The notes beneath the pieces are model-generated. The model did not search any database. It was not told where the DNA came from and saw only the letters and a list, made by a program, of their open reading frames with translations. The translations under genes were made by a program, and so were the position numbers. From Bacillus rubiinfantis (GTDB lineage: Bacteria; Bacillota; Bacilli; Bacillales; Cytobacillaceae): a stretch of DNA of 24,000 nucleotides. The stretch's first letter is position 1; each line of letters starts with the position of its first letter. Positions 7,560-14,171 of the stretch are shown here, in pieces. The stretch is from assembly GCA_000752035.1 (NCBI GenBank), contig CCFE01000011.1, positions 397,099 through 421,098 of the forward strand, in the 5' to 3' direction.

Positions 7560-8377
7560 GTTGTCCATTTGCGGCGGGCTATTGGACAACTTTTTCGAAA
7601 ATACGCCAGAGTTGTCCATTTGCGGCGGGCTATTGGACATCTTTTTCAAAAAAACACGAAAGTTGTCCATTTGCGGAGTTCTATTGGACAACTTTTTCCG
7701 AAAAACACGAAAGTTGTCCATTTGCGGGGTTCTATTGGACAACTTTTTCCGAAAAACACGAAAGTTGTCCATTTGCGGGGGGCTATTGGACAACTTTTTC
7801 GAAAATACACCATAGTTGTCCATTTGCGGGGTTCTATCGGACAACTTTTTCCGAAATACGCCAGAGTTGTCCATTTGCGGAGGGCTATTGGACAACTTTT
7901 TCGAAAATACACCATAGTTGTCCATTTGCGGGGGGCTATTGGACAACTTTTTCAAAAATACGCCAGAGTTGTCCATTTGCGGGGGGCTATTGGACAACTT
8001 TTTCGAAAATACGCCAGAGTTGTCCATTTGCGGAGTTCTATTGGACAACTTTTTCCGAAAAGCGCCAGAGTTGTCCATTTGCGGCGGGCTATTGGACAAC
8101 TTTTTCCGAAAAACACCAGAGTTGTCCATTTGCGGAGGGCTATTGGACAAGTTTTTCCGAAAAACACGAAAGTTGTCCATTTGCGGAGGGCTATTGGACA
8201 ACTTTTTCCGAAAAACACCAGAGTTGTCCATTTGCGGAGGGCTATTGGACAGCTTTTTCGAAAATACGCCAGAGTTGTCCATTTGCGGAGGGCTATTGGA
8301 CAACTTTTTCAAAAATACGCCAGAGTTGTCCATTAGCGGGGGGGCTATTGGACAGCTTTTTCGAAAATACGCCACAC
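7560..8377. repeat. Tandem array of 16 copies of a 51-bp unit containing an 8-bp-stem inverted repeat
   Basis: GTTGTCCA starts fall at 7560, 7611, 7662 and so on to 8325, all exactly 51 bp apart. The unit is GTTGTCCA-N15-TGGACAAC-TTTTTC(C)GAAAAWACRCCAGA. Long ORFs in four of six frames are a consequence of the repeat. Confidence 0.95.
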
Positions 8378-8435
8378 CTATCCCATAGCTAGGCCCCCGC
8401 TATGAGGGGCAATTTCCCCCCAAAAAAAATAATTG

Positions 8436-9086
8436 CTACTTTAGCAGGTCTATTACTTGATTTAAGTCATCGGCAATCGCATAGGCATTGGTTTTCATCT
8501 CATCATTTGGAGCAATGATGTCTGGAACGATGATACATTTGATACCGGCCCCGACAGCAGCTCGCAAGCCGTTAAGTGAATCTTCCAACACGAGTGCGGC
8601 GTCGGGTGCTACGTTGCCCCGTTTGCAGGCCTCGAGGAATATATCGGGATTCGGCTTCCCGTTCTCCACCTCTTCCCCGCTGACATAAAAATCAAAGCGA
8701 TCAGTAAAACCGGCAAGCGATAAATAGTGGTTAATCACTGCTTTGCTGCTTGACGAGGCGATACATTTTTTTATCCCGTTCTGGTCAAGAGCGGTCAATA
8801 AATTATCAGTTCCCGGCTTGACCATGATCCCTTCTTCCAGCAAAATGTTATCAAACTCCTGTCGATAATCAGCAACAATTGATGGAAACGAGAATTCCGG
8901 CCCATAAATTTCTTTCATAATGACATCACATTCATGATCGGCCACACCGATGATTGGCTTATAATGTTCCATTGGGAAGTCGTGCCCAAGCCTTACCATC
9001 ACCCGTCTCATCGCCTCATATGATGGCCGCTCAGTATCAAATAATAACCCATCCATGTCAAAAATGGCTAACTTTACCTCTTTCAC
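8436..9086 (-). CDS. HAD-IA family hydrolase (sugar-phosphatase / beta-phosphoglucomutase-like)
   Basis: HAD motif I is AIFDMDGLLFDTE. Motifs III/IV are GKPNPDIF ... LVLEDSLNGLRAAVGAG. GTG start with a GGAGGGGTG RBS. Confidence 0.85.
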   Translation of the reverse strand: MKEVKLAIFDMDGLLFDTERPSYEAMRRVMVRLGHDFPMEHYKPIIGVADHECDVIMKEIYGPEFSFPSIVADYRQEFDNILLEEGIMVKPGTDNLLTALDQNGIKKCIASSSSKAVINHYLSLAGFTDRFDFYVSGEEVENGKPNPDIFLEACKRGNVAPDAALVLEDSLNGLRAAVGAGIKCIIVPDIIAPNDEMKTNAYAIADDLNQVIDLLK

Positions 9087-9110
9087 TTAACCACCCCTCC
9101 TGTTTCTTGA

Positions 9111-9138
9111 AAAAAAGACAGAGAGAATCTCTCTGCCT
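9111..9138 (-). terminator. Rho-independent terminator or attenuator between the second SIS gene and the HAD gene
   Basis: Minus strand reads GGCAGAGAG-att-CTCTCTGTC followed by T7. The HAD RBS begins about 10 nt after the T run, so HAD expression may depend on read-through. Confidence 0.6.
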
Positions 9139-9182
9139 TATCTTTAAAAAGCTACAATAATACGCTAAAAAATGCAAGCCGA

Positions 9183-10193
9183 TTAATAATCAAATTGACG
9201 ATAGTAACGGCGCATGTCTAAATCATGACCGGTATATTTTTCATAGTGGCGGGCCAGGCGATCAACCAACAGAGTGGAAGAAATTGTTGGTGCTAAAATC
9301 CAGCGGAATTCCTCATCGATGCCTGGTAACTCATATTCTTTCGTATCGAGGACAACGAGCTTGTCAGTATATTGACGGCAGAACTTCTCAACCCGCTCAT
9401 CCAATACACGCCGCTTGCCTTCGCCTTTTACTAAAAATACCGGAACATCTTTATCGACTAATTCTAGTGTACCATGGAAAAATTCCGAAGAAGAAACAGC
9501 TTTCGTGCGAACCCATTGCATTTCCTCTAAAATACACATGGAGAATAAGTAGACCTCGCCCCACATTTCTCCGTCGCCAACCCAGATATTATATGGCTCA
9601 TTATAATAAGCTTTAGCAATTTCATCGGCAACCGGCTCAAATTTTTCCTTGGCCTGCAGTAGATTTTCCGGCAGTTTCGCCAATTGATCAGCAAAACGCT
9701 GATATTGCGGAAAGTCACCCGCATTTTCTAATAATTTGAAAACAAGCATAAATAATTGCATATATTCAAACTCGACGCCATTTAATGCCTTATTAGGGAT
9801 GACCCAGCGGCTGGCTTTTTCCAATGGAGTTCCAGGTGTGCCAACTAATGAGCAAACGCGGATGCCTTGCTCCTGACACCACTGTGCAGCTTTAACGGTT
9901 TCTTTCGTATCACCGGACTTAGATGCCATGATCACAATGGAATCCTTTGTTAATTGTTTATGGCCCGTTAACACAATTTCACCTGCCTGCTCGGTAAAAA
10001 CAGGAATACTAGTTACTTGTTTTAACATTTCTTGAATTGGCCACATAATCGAAATAGAACCACCAACAGAGATAAAGAAGATATTTTTAAAACCCTCTGC
10101 GGAAATCTCGTTAGCAACTCTTTCAATTTCGCCACGAGTTTCATAGGTAATCCGACCATTATTCATATACACATCACTATCAAATTTCAACAT
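9183..10193 (-). CDS. SIS-domain sugar-amine phosphate deglycase/isomerase-like protein (FrlB/GfrF-like)
   Basis: 336 aa. The phosphosugar-binding SIS signature reads FFISVGGS ... IVIMASKSGDTKET. GGAGGG RBS lies 8 nt upstream. The gene follows a PTS and a paralogous SIS gene. Confidence 0.8.
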   Translation of the reverse strand: MLKFDSDVYMNNGRITYETRGEIERVANEISAEGFKNIFFISVGGSISIMWPIQEMLKQVTSIPVFTEQAGEIVLTGHKQLTKDSIVIMASKSGDTKETVKAAQWCQEQGIRVCSLVGTPGTPLEKASRWVIPNKALNGVEFEYMQLFMLVFKLLENAGDFPQYQRFADQLAKLPENLLQAKEKFEPVADEIAKAYYNEPYNIWVGDGEMWGEVYLFSMCILEEMQWVRTKAVSSSEFFHGTLELVDKDVPVFLVKGEGKRRVLDERVEKFCRQYTDKLVVLDTKEYELPGIDEEFRWILAPTISSTLLVDRLARHYEKYTGHDLDMRRYYRQFDY

Positions 10194-10275
10194 GCTGTTA
10201 TCCCTCCAAATTGCAGTCTACAAGTCAATCTGCCGAACCGTTCTGAAGCAGTACGACAGACTGCCTTTCATACTA

Positions 10276-11358
10276 TCAAACTTTGCTTTTTAACACTTTA
10301 TCGAAGTCGTCGAAGATACGGACGCTTAAATCAATTCCTCTTCCGCTGGCAATTCGGTAGGAAAGGATTTGCAGCGGAATCGCCAGCAAGAGCGGGCTCA
10401 ACCATTCATCAGCATCCACATCTAGGCTCAAGGTCTTGACATCCACAGCATCCGCACCCGTAGAAAGCGAGAAACAATGGGTTGTGTACGCTCCTAAATA
10501 GTCCTTTAACATTTCTGTGCGAATCGCCAGTGGGCTGTTTGTTTTGATAAAAATAAGTCCATAGGAACTGTTCACTTCTAAATACGGTCCATGCATAAAA
10601 GCTTCAAGTTCAAAGCCCTGTGTCGGTACCCGTACGGTTTCAGTAAATTTCGTTTCGCCCTCTTTCGCTGTCCCTACGGTCGGGCCGTAGCCAATCAGCG
10701 CAAAACGGGGAATGGTAGTTAGTTCAGCGGCATGCGCCGTATAAAAACTCTCTGTTTTTTCGATAATTGCCGGGATTTGCTCGATTAAGCGCGTCAGTTT
10801 TGCTGTTTCTGCAGCACCTGCATCAGTTGTTAATTCTCCGAGAGCGGTCCCAGCCGCGATGGCCATTAACATCGAAGTCAGCACCGTCGCGGTAAACCCT
10901 TTCGTGACAAAGCCAACTTTTTCAACACCGCAGCCGATATCGATTACTGAATCGGCATGCGCCGTAATTGGGCTGTCAAGGTTAGAAGTTAGTACAGCAG
11001 TTGCTACTTTCCCCTCAGCATGAACCTTCTTCACGGCTTCGATTGTCGAATAGCTATGGCCGCTTTGCGAAACGGCGAGAACAAAATCAATCGACGGCTT
11101 TACTTTTTCATAATGAACAAAGTTAAATGGCTCTTGAATTTCGATCGACACACCCGCCGTTTTTTCCATATAGTATTTCGCACTTAACATGGCATTAGCA
11201 CTGGACCCTGTTGCCAGTACGAGCCAATTCTTTGGCTGCTTTTCACGCATTAATTCCGTGAAAGCGGCCAGCCGATCAGCTGCCTGCGCAATGATATCAT
11301 GGCAAACCTGGGGCTCTTCATGGATATACGTCATCATTGTTTCTTGCACTCTCATCAC
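10276..11358 (-). CDS. Double-SIS-domain protein (GlmS C-terminal / AgaS / GfrE-like deglycase or ketose-aldose isomerase)
   Basis: 360 aa. Contains TYIHEEPQV, LVLATGSSANA and LAVSQSGHSYST motifs typical of SIS isomerising domains. The start is uncertain: GTG/ATG at 11358..11353 or ATGATG at 11337..11332. Confidence 0.8.
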   Translation of the reverse strand: MMRVQETMMTYIHEEPQVCHDIIAQAADRLAAFTELMREKQPKNWLVLATGSSANAMLSAKYYMEKTAGVSIEIQEPFNFVHYEKVKPSIDFVLAVSQSGHSYSTIEAVKKVHAEGKVATAVLTSNLDSPITAHADSVIDIGCGVEKVGFVTKGFTATVLTSMLMAIAAGTALGELTTDAGAAETAKLTRLIEQIPAIIEKTESFYTAHAAELTTIPRFALIGYGPTVGTAKEGETKFTETVRVPTQGFELEAFMHGPYLEVNSSYGLIFIKTNSPLAIRTEMLKDYLGAYTTHCFSLSTGADAVDVKTLSLDVDADEWLSPLLLAIPLQILSYRIASGRGIDLSVRIFDDFDKVLKSKV

Positions 11359-11411
11359 CTGTTTCTACTCTGTGATTTGCGTTTTGACTCATTTACTTGT
11401 ATGAGTAATGT

Positions 11412-11505
11412 CTGGCACTTTGTAGCTCTCTTGCCGCTAGCACTTGTAATTTTTTCCGCTTCCGCTTATAACTTTTGCCGGCAGCATTTGTAGCTCTTAC
11501 CGCTG
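11412..11505. repeat. Two copies of a roughly 24-bp direct repeat in the 150-bp intra-operon gap after EIID
   Basis: GCACTTTGTAGCTCTCTTGCCGCT (11415..11438) and GCATTTGTAGCTCTTACCGCT (11484..11504), with CCGCTTCCGCTTATAAC between them. Confidence 0.6.
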
Positions 11506-11508
11506 CCC

Positions 11509-12372
11509 TTACCCCAAAATACCAGTCCAGGCGCCTAAAATCCCGACTACGGCAATGCCAATCAAAATGGTGGTGGCCTTAAAGCCTTTGCCGAGCAGCC
11601 AATAAATGATACCGAACGCGGCTAATGGTAACAGCCCTGGCATAATCCCGTTTAGTATCTCCTGAACCTTTGTGGCGCTGTCGCCGCTGCCGATTTTTAA
11701 CGGAACACTGAGGCTGATCATCGAAGCACTCATGCCGCCGATGACCATCAAGCCGAGAATGGCGGCTCCAAGTGTTAAGCTATCCATCATGCCATTCTGT
11801 TGAATCCGTTGCAAAAAGCCGGTTCCTGCTTTAAAGCCAAGTCTTGTAAACAAGAAGCGCAGCAAAATATGTGGTACGTTAAACACGAGCAAGAATAAAA
11901 TCGGTCCGAGAATATTTCCTTGCAGCGCAAGTGAAGTACCAATCCCAGTGGCAATCAGCCGTAATGTGCCCCAATAAAACGAGTCGCCTAATCCTGCCAG
12001 CGGGCCCATTAACGAAGCTTTAACACCATTTATCGCTGATGAATCAAACTGTTTATCTTCCGCATTTTGTTTTTCCATCGCTGCCGAAATACCAAGCATA
12101 AAGGTGGCGATATGCGGTGTCGTGTTAAAAAACTCGAGATGCCGCTTGAGCGCTGCTGAAAGATCTTCTTTTTTCTTATATAATTTTTTCAATACTGGAA
12201 TCATTGCATATGTGTAGGCCATGTTCATTTGCCGCTCATAGTTCCACGAGAATTCCATCTGAAATGAGCGCCAAAAGACGCGGTTCAAATCCTTTTTGCT
12301 GATTTCAATTTCTTGACCTTGTCCCTGCTCCTGAACAGATTCTTGATTAGAAGTCTTCATCGTCGTCATCAC
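11509..12372 (-). CDS. PTS mannose/fructose/sorbose-family EIID component
   Basis: 287 aa with the typical IID N-terminus (VFWRSFQMEFSWNYERQMNMAYTYAM) and C-terminal TM segments. It overlaps the EIIC 3' end by 14-26 nt depending on the start chosen. Confidence 0.9.
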   Translation of the reverse strand: MMTTMKTSNQESVQEQGQGQEIEISKKDLNRVFWRSFQMEFSWNYERQMNMAYTYAMIPVLKKLYKKKEDLSAALKRHLEFFNTTPHIATFMLGISAAMEKQNAEDKQFDSSAINGVKASLMGPLAGLGDSFYWGTLRLIATGIGTSLALQGNILGPILFLLVFNVPHILLRFLFTRLGFKAGTGFLQRIQQNGMMDSLTLGAAILGLMVIGGMSASMISLSVPLKIGSGDSATKVQEILNGIMPGLLPLAAFGIIYWLLGKGFKATTILIGIAVVGILGAWTGILG

Positions 12373-13135
12373 TCACCACTCCTCCTTGATTAGCACCTGC
12401 TAGGCTGACTTTCTGATTATGCATGATATTCACCATAATAACTGCGACAATTGCACCAAGAAGGGCAATGCCTGTTACCGGAACCTTTAGATAAGCAACG
12501 ATTAGAAAACCTAAGAAGAAATATGGAACCACTTTTTTATTAATTAACAAGCGTGCTAACATTGCAAAACCTAGTGCTGGCAGGATGCCCGTGGCAATTT
12601 GCAAGCCGGTTTGTATAAAGTCTGGAATGGCATTAAGAACATGTTTAATCGCATCGCTGCCGACATAGAAGGAAACCGTCACAATGATCGCGAGCATGAG
12701 TGACAGACCGAAGCCGCCGATTAAGTGCATCGCCTCAATTCCCCTCGTGTTGCCATCCTCGGCATATTTATCGGCTTTATGGGCTAGCACCGGTAAGAAC
12801 AGACCTAAGTAAATATTTTTCAAAACAAGCGTGAACGTTGCAATCGGCAACCCAAGTAACAGGGCTGTTTCTGTTCCTGCCCCAGACGAGATGGCAAAGG
12901 CCGTTCCGAGCACACCACCAGTGACAACATCAGGCGGAATCGCCGCGCCGACTGAGAATGAGCCGATGAAGGCTAACTCTAATGTTGCCCCCATAATGAC
13001 ACCTGTTTTAATATCGCCCATTACCAGACCTACGAAAAATCCGGTCACAAGCGGGCGTGAAAGTAAGCTTGTTCCCAACGCATATTCACTTTGCGCAACA
13101 AAGGCAACCAAACCTAAAAGTAATGCAGTCAACAT
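12347..13135 (-). CDS. PTS mannose-family EIIC component
   Basis: 262-aa polytopic membrane protein adjacent to IIB and IID. Ends in the acidic tail VVSDDDDEDF. Confidence 0.9.
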   Translation of the reverse strand: MLTALLLGLVAFVAQSEYALGTSLLSRPLVTGFFVGLVMGDIKTGVIMGATLELAFIGSFSVGAAIPPDVVTGGVLGTAFAISSGAGTETALLLGLPIATFTLVLKNIYLGLFLPVLAHKADKYAEDGNTRGIEAMHLIGGFGLSLMLAIIVTVSFYVGSDAIKHVLNAIPDFIQTGLQIATGILPALGFAMLARLLINKKVVPYFFLGFLIVAYLKVPVTGIALLGAIVAVIMVNIMHNQKVSLAGANQGGVVSDDDDEDF

Positions 13136-13163
13136 GAGTATCCCTCCCTAACCAAAAGTGCGT

Positions 13164-13634
13164 TTACAGCACATTTTGGGCTAATATTTTTTTATCGCTG
13201 GGCACTTGGCGAATCTCCACCTCAACACCCTGAGCCATCATTTTTTTCACTAATTCTTCCTCATCCGGCAAAAGATTAACGGCTTTCGAAATATTTCGGG
13301 CCCCTTCCTTCGCCTTGATGCCGCCTAAATTCACCTGCTTAATCTCTGGGTAAGCACTGACAAGTTTTTCCGCATCAGCGACTGATTCCACGACAATGAA
13401 CAACTTGTATTTATCGGTTACGCCGCTTTTTAACGCTTCAATGGAGTCTGCGATATTCTTAATGACCAGGCGAACTCCCTGTGGCTTGGCCAGTTTGATG
13501 GTTGTTTTCCGCAGCTCATTTACGGGAACATCATCATTGGCAATTAAGATGCAATCAGCTCCTAAATTGTTCGTCCATGAAAAAGCCACTTGGCCATGCA
13601 ATAAACGGTGATCAACACGTAAAAGTTTAATCAT
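13164..13634 (-). CDS. PTS mannose/sorbose-family EIIB component
   Basis: N-terminus MIKLLRVDHRLLHGQV contains the conserved phospho-histidine motif (DxRLxHGQV). Confidence 0.9.
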   Translation of the reverse strand: MIKLLRVDHRLLHGQVAFSWTNNLGADCILIANDDVPVNELRKTTIKLAKPQGVRLVIKNIADSIEALKSGVTDKYKLFIVVESVADAEKLVSAYPEIKQVNLGGIKAKEGARNISKAVNLLPDEEELVKKMMAQGVEVEIRQVPSDKKILAQNVL

Positions 13635-13651
13635 TTCACTCCATCCTTTCG

Positions 13652-14071
13652 TTAAAAATCCTCATCCTCACTATCCCCAGCCAATTCTGGATTGCAATAC
13701 TTAATCGATGACTTTGAGTTCTTAAGGGCCTTCTCGATTAATTCTGCAGTAGCGATTGCGCTATTTTTTAAAGTGACCAGTTCAATCACTAACGGCAAAT
13801 TCATCCCGGCAATGAGATGAATTCGTTTATCTCCGAGTCGATTCATAAACTCATTGTTGACACTGCCGCCAAAGATATCGCTTACAATAATGAGTTCATC
13901 AGTTTCTGCTAATTTGTCACAGACATCATTTATCTGCAATTGGAGGTCGACCTCTTCCTCAACATAGGCAGACAAGGTCCAAATATCCTTTTGCGCACCG
14001 GTAATCATTTCGACGGAATGGAGCATCCCCTCAGCAAGCCTGCCGTGAGAAGCCAATAATATATATCGCAC
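13652..14071 (-). CDS. PTS mannose-family EIIA component
   Basis: (V)RYILLASHGRLAEG matches the EIIA-Man N-terminal His loop. GTG start with GGAGGTG 7 nt upstream. Ends in GDSEDEDF. Confidence 0.9.
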   Translation of the reverse strand: MRYILLASHGRLAEGMLHSVEMITGAQKDIWTLSAYVEEEVDLQLQINDVCDKLAETDELIIVSDIFGGSVNNEFMNRLGDKRIHLIAGMNLPLVIELVTLKNSAIATAELIEKALKNSKSSIKYCNPELAGDSEDEDF

Positions 14072-14129
14072 GTTCGCACACCTCCTTTTTTAAAAAATGT
14101 TTTATAATTTTTCACTCTACCCTTATTAA

Positions 14130-14145
14130 TGCAAAAAGCGTGCCA
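14130..14145 (-). promoter_or_regulatory. Sigma-54 (-24/-12) promoter of the PTS operon
   Basis: Minus strand reads TGGCAC-GCTTT-TTGCA, an exact match to TGGCAC-N5-TTGCA. It lies about 60 nt upstream of the EIIA start and directly downstream of a gene for a sigma-54 activator. Confidence 0.85.
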
Positions 14146-14161
14146 ACTTAGTGGCACGCCG
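14133..14161 (-). terminator. Terminator hairpin of the regulator gene, overlapping the sigma-54 promoter
   Basis: Minus strand reads GCGTGCCA-CTAAGT-TGGCACGC-TTTTT, starting 11 nt after the TAG stop. The 3' arm is the -24 box, and the T run forms the promoter spacer plus the first bases of the -12 box. Confidence 0.6.
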
Positions 14162-14171
14162 CTTATTTTTT

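Noticed and set aside
7482-8388. Long ORFs across the 51-bp array: 297 aa and two others on the minus strand, and 255, 156 and 90 aa on the plus strand. One encodes a 17-aa repeat, MDNSGVFRKKLSNSPPQ.
   Set aside because: Four of six frames are open simply because the repeated unit lacks stop codons in those frames. There is no credible RBS (GTG start with GGATAGG abutting it) and no signal or known repeat-protein motif. Sequence conservation follows the DNA palindrome rather than codon positions. I kept it as a caveat in the finding.
10194-10275. Nested inverted repeats between the two SIS genes (CAGTCT ... AGACTG, with CTGC-CGAACCGTTCTGAA-GCAG inside).
   Set aside because: This is a plausible mRNA stem-loop, but it is short, lacks a U tract and has no repeat-family features. 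It is not distinctive enough to report as a feature.
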